64,000 nt of DNA from positions 2,232,001 through 2,296,000 of the forward strand of contig OZ176052.1 of NCBI GenBank assembly GCA_964247055.1, read 5' to 3'. How positions within the stretch are numbered: position 1 is the first letter of the stretch; every line of letters begins with the position of its first letter. The translations under genes and the position numbers were made by a program. The DNA comes from Paragordius varius. Its lineage: Eukaryota; Animalia; Nematomorpha. A model generated the notes under the pieces. That model saw nothing but the letters and a program-made list of their open reading frames with translations, did no database searches and was not told the origin of the DNA. This document shows, piece after piece, positions 35,701-51,600 of the stretch.

Positions 35701-38700
35701 TTACTATTCAAATTCACCCCAAAATTAAACTATATGTTTTCGGGGTAATATAACTCATCATTAATATGAAATATATATTTATGGCATAGTTTATTCTTTT
35801 TTTTCAAATTTCATTTTAAACTAAATTTCATTTTTTAATTCTAAAAAATATAGATATTTTTTATTCTTAAAAGTATATATGATATTTTAGGATGACTTTG
35901 AATTGTTCAAGGGTAAATTTAAGTGTTGATGGAATATTAACAGAAGTTATTTATTGAGAGTAAAGATTGAAAAATTGTGATTTTCCTATGATTGGTATGA
36001 CCCCTTATAAAAAATAAAATATTTTTTCAAAAAAAATTGATTAATTACATGCTATAAATACAATTTGTTAAAATTCTACGTACCTTGGTTAAAAAACTAA
36101 GTTCAAAACCATAACTTTGAGCATTGTTTGAACCGGAATTCATATAATTCCCAATCAATAGTATGAGTTGTAACAATCGTTGGAATTTTTTACTTTTATT
36201 AATTTGATCACAACACCCAGAGACAGAAACGATTGCCTATTTAAAAAATAATCACAATCCATAATCAAAATCAAAATTGTAAAAAAGTCATCAAAAACTA
36301 AAGGATAAATATTTATAATGATGACAGATTAATTTTAAATTAATTTGAACGATACTAACTATAAATGTAGAATTAAGTGTGTGTTATGAATTAACTTCTC
36401 TCTATTCCATACTTTCCCAAAACGATAACCTTCATTAAAAAAAATAAGTATGGCTTTGAAAAAATATTTGTCTTTTTATACGCTTTGTATTTAAATTTGT
36501 ATTGTAATTATTGAGATATCAAGAAGAATGATAAATTCATTGAAAAAATTAATTTATATCCGTATTTTTAAACCTTGATTTCAAAGATATAATGAAAGTT
36601 TTGAAGTTTTGTGATAAAATGAATTGAAATGTAAATTGGCAAGAAAGTCATTATATATTTTACAATTATAATCATATAAAAGATTTTGTGGAAAAATAAA
36701 TATGTTTTCCTTATTAAAATATTTAGTTTTAAACCATAATTTTAACTGTTAAACCATTATAATATACCAAAAAATATATACAATTTAGAAAAATTTATAA
36801 AATAAGTTTCATACTGGTTTAATGTCAGACACCATTTCGTTATATTTAATTTTGAAACATATGCACTTCAATCGGGCTTCAATACGTTTGATTGGTGCAA
36901 TCTGCAAAAATAAAAAAAACGGATAAAATAATTAAAATAGAGTATGAAAATATATTTCTTCCAAACAATTTTTTTAAAGTGTTAATAAATTTTTATAATA
37001 AAATATAAGTTTAAATGGAGTGTAAAAAAATAAATTTTTTAGAATTTTTAAAAATAAAATTCCAATTTAAAAAAAAATAAAATGGAAATTCCCCATACCA
37101 TAACTAAAAATCTTTCGGCTTCATTTAACATGTCAGGCCTTTGACCATATTTTTGAGCTAAAGTGTCAATTCTTTCTTGTTCAGGTATGTATTTTATCAA
37201 TTGTTGCAAAATTTGATCATCTAATTTGGGTTGAGATGTGGATGTAATTAGGCTATTCCCATTCGTGGTTTGTGTTGAACTACACAAGGTCACAATATAA
37301 ATTGGATATAAATTTCACAATTTTGATTGCGGTAGCAATTAATTATTTGATTAAAAAACTGATCATGATTGCTCTTTTCAAATTTCAAATAGGAGAACAT
37401 CCTCCTAATTATTTGTAAGTAATAATCGTTTATGTCAAAAACTTGTGGTATTTTGGGGACATGATAATTAGTTAAAAAAATTATTCATATTAAAATATGT
37501 TTTATTGAATAATTTAATATTAAGACTTATTTGATATCGTATTTAATTTTAAATTTTCCCATTAAAGGGTCATATGCGTATTATGATCCATGTATTTTCT
37601 GTGGACATTATGGAAAGTAGGGGCGTATAGTATTATAACTGATATTCAATTATACCATTTACAGTTCAAATACACCCATGAATAATTTATATTTACCCTT
37701 GAACAATCAAATTCACCCTCGAACAATTCAAATTCACCCTAAAACAAATAAAATATGAAATACTGTTTAAATTTAATATAATGCTGAAAAATAATAAACT
37801 ACGTAGTAAAAATAAATTTCATAATCAATAATAAGTTATATTAGCCCGAAACACTTAATACATTTTTAGGGTGAATTTGAATTGTTCAAGGGTGAATTAG
37901 AATTGTGAATGGTATATATATATATACTATTTATAATAATTTTTTTAACCAAAATTTTACTCGATATCCGTCAAATTATTTGATTGAGAAGGTATAGAAT
38001 CAATGGGTAAGGGTTCATTGATGGACCAAATGAGATCACATATGGCTTCGTAAGGGAGTTTTATCGAACCCAAACATATTGCTAATGGAGAATATAATAA
38101 AATTTTGCAATTATTTAAGGCAAAATTATACTCAAATGAATAAAATTTATAAAAAGTAAGGCGTGTGTCTTACATATATTTTGAGCAGATTTGGCATCAA
38201 GGACTCTCAATTTGCGAACTTTTAGCGATTGAGATGTTTGATACGTCGATGAAAAATGTCCATTTCTATGCGTGTTATCACCCATGCTTGTATTACTGAA
38301 TACACCTATATGGACAAAAAAAGGATAAAAAGAAATCTTTCTAAGGAAAGATAATACAGATATTATAACCGTATAAAAAATTCATATTACTATTTAAATT
38401 ATCTTTTATAGTAATAACCAAACTTATTCTAGTATATAACAAAAATTTTGAATTTATAAAGATATTTATATACCAGAATGATTTAAAGCGCTATCATCAA
38501 ATTCATCATTATCGTTTCCATCATTTTCTGTCGCTGAGACATGTATATTGGATTTAGAATCACGAGCGTTTCCTATATATATATATATATATGACATATA
38601 ATATATTTAAAAATATTATATTGTATTGTAATATAATGGATTAGGATTCAAAGTTTTATATAATTATTGAAATTTCATTTATTAATTTATAGGTTAAAAA

Positions 38701-40169
38701 AATTATTTAAATCGAGATTTAAAATTTTTTGTTTGTTTTGTTATGGCTTGTATTTATTATAGCTTATAAACTGTTTAGTTGACATAATTTACCTTTTCAT
38801 TTCATTACCAGTTATAATGTTTAAACGAACAAAAACAATTTCCCTTTCATAGTTTAAAACATTCCTTCACTAATAACATTAATTATTTTAGCAATATACT
38901 AAGAATAAAGATAATAATTGGAATTCTCGTAATATTTATTAAATTGAACTATATTCAAAATTTTCGATACATACATGGTAGTATTTTTGTTCAAATATTA
39001 TTTTATTTATATTTTATCATTATTATTTTCTTTTTTTATTAGTTAATCCATTAAAAAAGATACTATCATGATTGTATCGAAAATTTTGAATATAGTTCAA
39101 TATAATAAAAATTTTACAAGAATTCAATATCTTAACATAAAACATTCGTTCTTTTTGACAATTAAACATACTTCGTTGTGTAGTTTGCGTAGCAAGACTA
39201 AATTTCTGACAAATTTGTTTAAAGAGCTCAGGCGTGGCTAAATCTTCCTCACAAACATTGGACCAAAACGAATTTTGAGATAATTTTTGTGGTGCAATCT
39301 ATTAAGCACAATATAAATATATATATTTAATCAATTTATTTTATTGATTTTATAAAAACTTGACAATTTTGTGGACAACTGTATATCGTCACATGAAATA
39401 TCGTTAACTATGATTTAGCAGAAAACAAAGCAAATATTTTTTGTTAACCAACAATATTATGAATGGATTAAAAATAATCCTTAAAACATCTAATAAAAAT
39501 TATCAGATAGATATAAAACTCAACAAAAAATTATTAGCATTGCAGGTTTAATCAACCGCTAACATACTACCTTTGTCCAATTGACACGTTTCAATTTCCG
39601 GTCAGGATCCCAACGCTTTTTAGGTCTCAGGTATTCAGGGAGAGCGTTTGTACCACAAGAATTTGTCATTATTGGAGCGGTTGCTGGACTTTTATTAATC
39701 ATAGGTGGTGGTGGTGGTGGCATAATAGCTCCTGTATTATCATTTTTTGTCATTGCCAATTTATTCATCATTTTAGGGAGCATGGGGGGAGGTGGGGGTG
39801 GGGGCGCTTTAATAAGGCCTGGAGGGGCAGGAATTCGCCCACTCAAACCTCCAGGGGGTAGAGGGGGTGGGGGAGGTACTACCCCACATGATTGTGTAGA
39901 TGTTGTTGAGGTTAAACACGTCTAAAAGGAAACATGGTAAAATTAGGGTTAAGAATATAAAACTACTGCATAGATACTATACAGTATGAGTAAAATTAAA
40001 CTGGATGATATCAGAGATTTGTGTATAATTATAAATTGTATACATATAATGCATAAAAAAATACTCATGGATATATATATATATAAGGTTCAGGCTTAAT
40101 AAATATAACAGCAGCGGCATTTTTGCTAGACAAGATTTTAATATAAATAATTTAGCAACAAAGAGACTC

Positions 40170-40217
<48 letters not shown>

Positions 40218-43200
40218 AAAATTAACAGGGGGATTTTAAGAGACAACTGCATAAGTATGGGGCTGAACATATAAATATTATAAATGAATAGAAAGATGAA
40301 TTTTAGAGTTTTTTTAAGCGTAACCAAATGAGGAATTATTCACAGCTAAAATTTTTCACTCGTATCTCTAAGAATGCAGGTAAGATATTTTGTCTAAAGC
40401 TTAACCATTATAAAGCATCGAAAAAAGTTCTAATATGGACTAATTTGTAAAAATCGTAATGAAGAAAAACGAGTCAACATCAACAGAAAGGGCCTGTAAA
40501 AATGGCTTGTTAATAATAAAGTGGCTAATACATTAATCGTACGACACTACTATAATTAATTGAATATTTATTTTTTAATTTTATACTGAATTACAACAAG
40601 CATTAACAACGAAATATCAACATAACATTAAAGCGAGGGGTAATCTAAAAAAACAATTAGTATAGGCATACAATGTGGCTTTGAAAAGAATTATTATTTA
40701 CTGATAAAAACTCTATATTTTCAGGATTTTATTTAAACGTAAAGATTAATATCTAACAGTCTTCAACCATTTTCTCATTAAAAAATAATATACAGAATAA
40801 CCAAAACGTTTCAATTTAACAGTCCATACTCTAAAAAAATTGAACTTTTCAATAAAATTACCATTGGATTTAGAGTTTCATACAAATTTTCAGCAAGGGC
40901 GTTATTATTTACATTTGCTGTGGAAATTGTGACATTTGTAGTAGGATTGGTGGTTGATTGTTGTGCATTTAATTGTTCCAAAGCTTGTTTAAGTTTAAGT
41001 TCCAGATGAGCACATTTAGCTTCGGCTTCGTGTCTGGCTACGATGGCTTCTTCGTAAGGAGATTTTGTATTATTAATATTTTGTGTCGTATTAAGGGTAG
41101 ATTGATGATAGATTATAGCTAAAAATGATTGAAAATATATACAATTTGTTTGATTCGATAATAATATCATTATAATACAGTAAAATTGATAGAAGTATAA
41201 GTATTAAAAAGGATCTAATATATCAGAGTTTTAAAAAATACAGAAAAACATGAAGAAATCAAAAGAAAAAACGTAAAAATCAAAAGGCAAATATTTTTTT
41301 TGGATAAAGACAGTCAGTCATACTTTATAAAAGCTTAATTTGTCACTTAATATTTTGGGTTGCAAAATAAGTAATAGAGATGTAAATCACAATTACATGG
41401 ATTTTGAATCGTAATAATTTAGGGCTATATGGAAAAAATCAACGATTTTGCTTAACTTTATAAAAAAATTAATTGTCTTCTAATTTTTATTGATGTAAAT
41501 GTTATTAAACCCTTAATTTTACCCTTAATAGGGTTCATTATAATATAAGATTACATAAAACAGCCCTAACATTTCAGCTATATGTAAAAAACGGATCTAA
41601 TGACACATTTTTAACTTTTAACTGTGGGAAAACTCCTATTCTCTCAGATATTTACGGCTTATTTCTATGAAGTCCTCATATATTTATTTGTCCAATAAAT
41701 TAACGTAGTTTCAAAAAAAAACTCTTATCAAATCTCAATTTTAAATCAATCAATCAATCTATTTTAAAAATCTCTTTACTTTACTTTTTTTTGACAAAAC
41801 AAATTATTTATTTTGGGTAAAAATGAATACCGTTTGGTAATCCACTGTTTCCAGAATTTAGATTGTTGGAATTACTCGATAGGCTGGTACATGATGTTGA
41901 TGATGCGTGATAAGGTAAAACGCCATTACCATACAACCCTGTAGGACAGCCATCAAGAGAGCCCGATTCACTTTTTCCCATAATCATTTCTTAGGGGGGG
42001 AAAATTTAGAAAATTGTTATTAAGTTTCAAAATTAATACAATAATCTTATTTATAATGAGTTTGTTTAGGAAAAAAACAGCAATTATTAAGTGATTCGTT
42101 CATGCTTATCATAATTCGCTTTTTTCCATAATTATTTCTTAGGGAAAAAATGCAAGAAAATTATTATTGACAAGTTTTCAAAAAATTAAAATTTATAAAA
42201 TGCCTCCCCCCTCTTAATGAGTATATAAGAAAACAGCACTCGCTTAATAAAATACACGATTCACTTTTTCCGTTCGTGAGTTCTAGAAAATGTTAAGAAG
42301 ATTATTACAAGTTTTCAAAAAATTAAAAATTTATATAATGTCCCCTCTCATAACTATCTTGGTTAAATTAACACTATAAACATATTAGCATAAGATTCAC
42401 TTTTTCTTATAATCAATTCTAATTTGCTTATTTTTAAGAAACTGCTTCAAATAAGCTTATATGATGATAATCATGCACTTTTTATCATTTCTTAAAAAAT
42501 TAGTTTTTATAATCGTTTTAAGTTAAGTATCCTCCCTTCACAAAAACCCTTATAGAGATATTTATGGGCCATTAAAATAAACCAAAAATACTATATATTT
42601 AATACTTTCCTACAAATATCTGTAGGATATTTTATTAAAGAAAAACTGAATAATTATTAAATCTAAATATAAAAAAATTCATTTTTTTTATAAATCGGGG
42701 TTATAATGGGGATTATAAGCGGCGTATTTTACGTTAATATTAGGATCATTATAAGCTACTGTAAAGTTAAAAATCATTTTTTAAAAACCAAAATTCACCA
42801 ATAATGGGCTCAACATTCATTTTGAATCGCCGTGAGCCCTTGTAATCTGGATCAAAGCCATTTTTGTGCAAAACGATTTGGGAAACGCACGTTTCAATAA
42901 GCTTGTAATAAGCTAGTCTATAGTGTGGAAATATATATATATATATATATTATTTAAAAAATATATGTTTGATATTCAAAAAAGTGAAATCAGCCTAATC
43001 ATTATTTATTATATATGAAACCAATTTTTTACAGATAAAATCACAGGGTTTAATATACAGTAGCGTATGGCATAAAACAATATTAGTCAATAAACGATTA
43101 AAAAAAGTGTATATACAACTAGGCTTGTTTTTTTTTAAAAAACATTTTTTTATTATTTTATGGACTAATAATGTTTTATACCATACGCTACTGTAAATAT

Positions 43201-46200
43201 TGAAAACCTAAATGTAAAAAAACATGAATTTGGACAGGGAATACATATTTTTAAAAGCATTTTATATAAAATTTTATCAATCAGTTCCAACATTTAAACG
43301 TAAAATTTCAGATCTTTTATAAATAAAAACTTTGAAGTATCATCGTCCTTTATACATAGAATATATTGGAGAATGGCTAAAAACGTATTTTCCAGCATGG
43401 CATTTCGCGACAATTGTCCCCGAATTACACGGAAACAATCATCAACATCTTCGAATTCAAAACGGACATCATCATATCTATTTTTTTAATTTTACCCGCA
43501 TAAAAAAATGAATTTCAAAATATATTCATTATTTTAAATAAAACTACAATTATATTATGCCAAAAATTCGAAAAAAAATTATTTCATACTTTAAAGAAAT
43601 TTTTATAATCGCATTCATTGCGCAGTAAAAAATATATTTATTTAATCAACAACAGAATTTTAGATTTTTATACTGGCAAACAATAATACCCGATGTGATC
43701 GCTTATATGTATGCAGTCAATTTGGACATAATTATTGAAAATGGTATATATATGTTATAACTAAATGGTGCAAAACAAAATTAATTAATGATATCCCACT
43801 TTTAATAATGTCAAAAATTTAAATATAATAATTAATATCCAAAATTGTCGAAATATTATATTTTACATGGATTATTTAAATTTAAACCATTATTTTATAT
43901 TATTTTATATCACATATCCCAATTCTGTTCATTTTTTTTCAACCGTATATTTTTTAAAGCGATCACAAACAAAAATGCATTAATAATCGGATAAAATCAA
44001 ACACCCTAATCAGCAAAGAATAATGTAATGAAAAGTATATAACCTATGTGCCAGCTCATCTCGATCCTCATCTCTTTGTTCGATAAAAATGTCATATTGT
44101 ACCTTGAAATCGGGTTTGAAACCATCCCTTGTTTGAGTAATCAACTAAAAATGTGCAATTAAAATAAAACATAAAATTTGATAAAAAATATAATAGATTT
44201 GAAAACTTTTATCGCATACAAAACAAGTGGGAATTATGGCGAAAATACGTATATAAATAAAAATAAATAATTAATTGTCCTTTTTTATTCAAATTTCCCA
44301 TTATTAAAATAGAAAATTAAAAACTATTTTTTAAATGCCGATAATATATATATATATTCTTTATTGATAATACAAACATCGTATAAAAAAAATTTTTTCT
44401 CTCTTAATTACTTACATCCAAAACATTAGCCAAGCCACATCGAAAAAACTCATTCCGTAAATGAAGGCGAAAATCTAAATCTTCAGGTGTACTTACGATA
44501 GCATTAACGAATTGCATGCATGAAACCTATTAATGTAATTATTTTTTGGGTATTTAATAAATCGAAATTTGCCATAATTAATCACAGTAAAAAATAATAT
44601 GGATAAAACGGAAAAAGCAACCAAAATAACCAAATATATTATAACTTACTTAAATGATAGTTATTAATTATAATTGGAAAAATAATCACCACTCCTGATC
44701 AATAGATGTTAAAAACGAAAGGTATTATTAATCTTTTATTTTTTCTCGTAATAAAATACTTAAAAATGAATATATTTAATTATAGGTTTTATTTCAAAAA
44801 AAATATAAAATAAATATATTAGTCTTTAACTTTTATATACGTTTTTTTCATGTTTCTACTTACTGTATGATGGATGTTATAAGTTAAAAAATAATTTAAA
44901 AAAGGAAATTTATATAGGTTAGTTACCTGTAAAACTAAATTATCACGCAATTCAAGACCATTAACTATGGGTTGAAATCGGTCCATATCATCATCATCCC
45001 AGCTAACGGTTAAGGCTTGTAGGACACGACCATGCCTTATTTTCATATTCAGTCAAGTAAAAATTAATATATATTATATTACTAACTATTTCCAGTTCAA
45101 TTTCATTCTTGAAAATTCAAATTCACCCTTGAACAATTCAAATTACCCTAAAAATAAATTATGTGTTTTTGAACTAATATAACTCATTTTAATATGAAAT
45201 ATATCTTTATGGCATAGTTTATTATTTTTTCAGTATAATTTTAATAATTTAAAATAAATTTTTATTTTACAAAAATATATATAAATTTAGGTAATTTTAA
45301 AAAACAAAGATTATATTGAATTCGAATTATTCGAGGGTTAATTCGAATAATGGTATATATAATATACTATTTAATGATGAAATTGTTTATAATCTTGGTT
45401 TTTTATTAAAAAAACGCGAAACTAAATAAAAAAATTATGTTTATATTCCATTATAAATTAATACTGTTTCTTTCAAAAATAACATTTTTTCCATCATTTT
45501 TCCCATTTGCACTTCAAGAGTGTCCTTGAACAGTTCAAATTGGTCCTTGAACAATTCAAGTTGGTTCTTGAACAATTCTAGAACAATTCAAGTTGGTCCT
45601 TGAACAATTCAAGTTGGTCCTTGAACATTTCAAGTTGGTCCTTGAACAATTCAAGTTGGTCCTTGAACATTTCAAGTTGGTCCTTGAACACTTTAAGTTG
45701 GTCCTTAAAATTTATAAATTTTGATTTAACCATAATTTTTGCATTTATTTTTTTATTTTATTATTTATTAACCTAATTTTCTTTATTTATTATATTATAT
45801 TTATTTAAAAACAAAATTCTTTATTGAAGAACTTTTTTGCTTAAAACTATTTTTTTCCAATTGAACAAAATTATTGACTTTTAAATGTTTTTAATGAAAA
45901 ATTAAAATTAATAACCCAGAAAACATATATATTTTTTCATTTCATGTTAAAATCCTATAAATATCCAAAATTATTTTACGAAATTAATAAAGGTATACGG
46001 TTTCTCAAAGATTAAAAGTTGTTATCGATTTAAAATTTATGTAAAATAATAGAAAATAGGTTAAAAACATTAAAATAGATGAATTATTTACGATTTGATT
46101 GATAAAAGTTAAAAACAAAACAAAAAAGTTAAAGGACCAACTTGAACTGTTCAAGGACACTCTTGAAGTGCAAATGGTATATAAACGATTGTAAGCCTTG

Positions 46201-47708
46201 AATAAACAGATATATAAAAATGCTGTAAAATATATCAAACCAATGTGATAAATAAATTTAAGCGAACAGTCTCTCATGATACAATCTCAATATATCCAGA
46301 TCCGTAGACTCAGCTACAACGGTCACATGCAAAGATTAGATAATGATAATTGGATTAAAAATATAGCAAATTCCAAGCCAAACATACAAAACAAAGTTGG
46401 TCGTCCAGCAATAACATGGGACAAAAACATTACCCAAGACTTACAGGCCAAAAACATATAAGCCGGGGACTGGTTAAACAAAAAATTCTTCAAAGCAATG
46501 ATCAAACACACAAACCCCGTCAAGACAGGATGCCAAGGGATCCCTTGACAACAGCCATCTATCTATCGTATCTACAAAGTAAAAACATTTCTTTGGCAAA
46601 AACACCGCATACCAATTATAAATGGCGAAAAAAGATTAATTGAGTATCAAAATATAGTAAGGTAAAACTTTAACCAAAATTAAATAAACAATTTTTTTAA
46701 AAATGGAAAAATAAAAGAGAATTAAATTACCCATCAGGCGGTACAAGGCAAAATGCAGCCATAATTTTTACTGTATCGTTCATTATGGCAGGGAATTTGG
46801 GATCCACCGATTTTGCCATCAAAATAATTGCATCAGGGTGAGACATTACAGTCGTTAGTCCAAACTATTTTTTGGTTAAATAAAATTTCCAATTATATTT
46901 TTCAGCAATATAAATTTTTTATTTACGAATCTCTTTATATATCCGTTTTTTATAAATGATAAATATCATTTGGTTATAAAATCCAGTAAAAATATAGTTT
47001 TTTTTCAAATTGTCATACCTTATTATTCATGAAAGCTTTGAGACATCGGATACATTCATGCTGTATCTTGATATTAATTTCATTGGGGTACCTAAAATTT
47101 GTTTAAGAGACAAATTATAATTTAGTTGTATTCAAAAAAACATTTTAACTCAGGGGTGTTCAACATACAGCCCGCGAGAAATTTTGAAATACAAAATTTA
47201 GCAAAATCTAAATGCAAGTGATTTTCTTAAACAAATTGTTAAAAATGAAAAGTTTAACATATATACTAGCAAAAAAAAGTTTTGTTTAAAATCTACAAAA
47301 TATTTGTAAATTCCCATGCATGTTTAACAACCCGCGAAACCATTTGTGTTGACATCATCCCTGTTTTAATTCAAACATTATAAAATGGTTTTATAATCTA
47401 CCTATCATATGATGCGGCCAAATTGGTTAATAATCCATTAAGTCCTCGTAAGCCAAATTCACGCACCCAGCTACAAAATGTAAAATAATAATGTATGAAG
47501 GAAAACAAAGTATATGGAATAAAAATTAAATTATGGGAAAAAAACAGATAAAGTAAAAGACAGATAAGAAATTTAATAAAAAAAACCATATTTTTAATTC
47601 TCGATTTTTTCTATATCTCGTAAATGATTAAGAAAGAGAAATTCATGTTTCTCTATTGCTTATTTTTCGCAACTCCAAAAGTTTATGTTATATACCAAAA
47701 AATTAGTG

Positions 47709-47743
<35 letters not shown>

Positions 47744-48648
47744 CCTCTACTCTCCTCCTGTTTTTATGATTTCTATTATTACATAAAACCAGAATCTCAA
47801 TATTTTCTCAAAATTTAACATAGATATGCATTGCTAAAGTAAACGCAAATCAAAAAAAATTACCTAACAGGGTTAGATTTAAGGGCAACACGTAAAGATT
47901 GAAGCCATCGGAGTAATTTAGTGGGATTCCCTTCATAATGATCCAAAAAACGGATGTAATCACTCGGCCCGGCAGCTTTTACAGCACCTTTCTATATTAA
48001 CAAAACAAAACAAAACTTTTTAAAACGTTTAATATAATTTTTTGGATGTAAAATGTGTTAAAAAAATTTTCATGATAATTTTATTTTGATTAATTAAATT
48101 TTATTATTAGAAATAGTATTTTAAGTCTCCAATTCGGTTAAAAAATATGTAAATATAAGGAGGAAGAATATGTAACACCACAATTTTATATAAAAACAAA
48201 ACTTTTTAAAACTTTTAATATGATTTTTTGAGGTAGAAAAATTTTTTTTCATGATAATATTCATTAAAATTTTATTATTAAAACTAGTATTTTAAGGTCT
48301 TCCATCCGGTTAAAAAAAATGTAAATATAAGGAAAAATGATAAATTTGCACACAAAGGCAGCCATTATAAGTAATTACATGAGAAACTCCACGTAAATGC
48401 ATAGATAACATTTCTCGTTTCATTTTAAGGTCTCTGTTTCGGAGTGGGGCTTTACGTTCTTCCGATAAATTCATATCCTCCTACAAAAATATAATTTTAA
48501 TTTTAACAAAAGTTTTTTTTCTGTAATAAATTTAAATAGAAATTTTGTAGTTTATATACCCTTAAAATTGAAATTATACAGTAGACACAATGTAAAAACG
48601 TCTAAAGACAAACATTGTTTAAAATAGATTGTAGTTTCTATAAACTTG

Positions 48649-48694
<46 letters not shown>

Positions 48695-51600
48695 CATTGC
48701 TTTAAACTACAAAGTATGTTATAGGCTGTAAATTAATGTTACATATTTCACAATAATAATTTATATAGATAAAAAAAAGTATGATGTCTTTTTTCACGTT
48801 TTGTTTGTGTAATTTTTTAAACTGTAAGTTTAAGCTTGTAAGTCCATCCAAAACGGTCAATTTAAACAACACTTTAACACATTAAAATATCAGTTTAAAT
48901 ATAAATGTTTCCTAGCATAGATATGTTTAAATTTTTAGAGTTTTATTCATGTAGTAAAAGTTGTAAAATGTAATAATATAAATTTTTATCATATGATAAT
49001 TGGCGTTATATGCCTAATTAACTATAACATTGTAAAAACGAAATCTATATATTTTAATAAGCGTAGGAGGAGAAACAATGCGGAGTTTTTAAGTAGTTAT
49101 AGTTGTTATATCGCGGTTAAATTCAATTTTTTTTAACTTAATCACCAAAAATGATTAAAATGTGTAAAAATAACTCTCTAAAAATCACAATAATGGCTTA
49201 TTAAAAAAACTTATCGTAAGTGATTGCTAAAAAATATTTAAATACATTAAATTACAGTACCATTATTTTCCCGCTAATAATATTACTTATTATAAGAATA
49301 TTTTATGTTAATTTCATAAAACAATTACTAATGGTTCGCTAGATAAATTTTCTTCAACAATAATTATTATTTATAACATTTTTGTGATTTAAATTGTTTA
49401 ACAAATAATAGAAAAGATTGGTACTAAATTATATGATATCTGAAACCAATAAAAAGAACAAAATAAGTTATGAAAGTGTGTGTATACCAACATATTTTCA
49501 AATTTGGTATTTATTTCATCCTCAGGCCAATTGGCAATATCGGTGTTAGATCCTGCAAAATTTATTGCTGTACCATAGATATCATTGGTAACTGTATTAA
49601 AAAAATTCAAATATATTATAAAATAATATGACTCATATATAAGTATAGTTTAAATGCCAAAAAATATAACATATACTATATATATATGCATTTGCATTGA
49701 TATTAATAAGGCCATTGTCAATGTATGTTTGATTTTAAATTTAACGTAAAAATGACAATGGTTACCAAGCTTACCATATATTTAAATTTAAAATCAAAAC
49801 TGTATAAATTAGTTAAATTCTATAAATATGTTAATTATTCAGAAAGGTAAAACATTTTCGTAAACTCCTTTTATAAATAAATATTTCAGAGTTTTGATGA
49901 TAAGAAAGTGAAATTACAATCCTGAAATTAATGAGGATTAGTTGTTTGATTTAGAAATAAAGCATTAACCCTTATATCATAGAACGAATGGATTGAAACT
50001 GAAACTAAACCATCAGTCTTTTAACCGTAAACAGTCAAAAAGCGGTTCAAGAAAATTTTTTTCCGTTTAATAGAGTGTTAACCTTAACTATTTTTTACTT
50101 TATTTCAATATTCAAAAACAAATTTTTTAGAGATTATTTCGTTTTTTTTATCCCATGGTAGTGCAAATATATATAATATATATAATGAAAAAATACCTAT
50201 TTTACCAAAAAACAAGGGAACCGTAATAACATTGTTGCATAAATAAAAACTCCTTGTAACTTATCGTTTAAGACCCATTTTTATGCAAACAAAAGCGGAG
50301 AAAAAATATTCCGAAAACCAAAATGACAACATAAACACTTCTAGTATTAGAGACTCATAATATTAGTTAATATTGTGGATGTTAGTATATTTATATTATA
50401 AATTTTTGATTTTTTGGTTGTTTAATAAATTATGCGTAAGAAATATGGACCGAAATATAAACTAACCTACCTGCAGTTGATGATAAGGCTGTCGTCGTAC
50501 CAGTTATAGCACCAAGCGAAGCCATCCCCAAATTAATATTGTGATAAATGTCGCGAAATAAATTGGTAGAAACAACTGCTGAGGCCTGTTGAAGGGAATT
50601 CAGGGTTCCTGCACTACCATGTAATAGAGTTGCTTTAGAGCATTTTTTATTCCGAGAATGTAAAAATGTTGTTGGATGTGCCGGCCCAGGTGGATCATAA
50701 TTGGAGGAACTGGCGTTAGAGGCCAAACTTAAGTTATCATCACTGGTCATGGAGGTTCGAATCGCAGTGTTTACATTAGAACAATTATTTGCGACGCCGT
50801 TACCATAATTGCAATAATGAGGATTATTATTTGTGAATGTTGTTGACTAATGAATACAGTGGTAGGTTTAAATAAAAGAATATTTGTAGCAAAGAAATTA
50901 ATATTAGGAGTAAAAAATGAATATTAGTTAAAATAAAAAGAAACAAAGGGCCATGGTGCACGAGCATACTCATTAAATAATAATTATTTTATGCTATTTA
51001 CTAATGAAGGGGTAGTATGGTTTTATATACTCAATAAATGCCCTTCCTTTCCTTTTTTTTCTTTCACTAATACAAAAAAAATAATTATTAATGCTTGCTT
51101 GTGCACCATGGCCCTCTGTTTCTTTTTCTTTATTTTCACTAATATTCATTTTTTTACTCCTAATATATTAATTTCTTTATTACAAATATTCTTTAATTTA
51201 TAAATTTATACATAGGTTTTAATTATCTAATATTAGTATTTTAATACAGACACGCTATAAATATTATATATAAAAACATTTAAAATAAAATTTAGATTGA
51301 AATGAACGCGTTTGATTGCTATTGAATTAACATTAAATGAAAAGTATCTTAAATCAGTTTCATAACTTCGAAAAAATTGAAAATGAATATATCCTCCTTA
51401 ATTTAAGTAGAAAACTTCAAAACACAGGAACTTAGATTATGAGAAAGAATAAAACGTTAATTATTATCTAAAAAGTTTAAACAAGCATTTTTTAAACAAA
51501 AATACATTTGAAGTGCCATGTGGAGTCCCTGTAAAAAATTTGGCTCCTAAACGCCCCCTTTCTTTTTTAGCTTTTTTGGATTGGGATGAATTATTCATGT

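Noticed and set aside
45522-45706. 21-bp repeat array as a CRISPR array
   Set aside because: The units are contiguous with no unique spacers, there are no cas genes, and the array lies inside a TIR element within a eukaryotic intron.
45522-45706. Heat-shock element cluster
   Set aside because: The spacing is GAA-N3-TTC, not the GAA-N2-TTC of an HSE.
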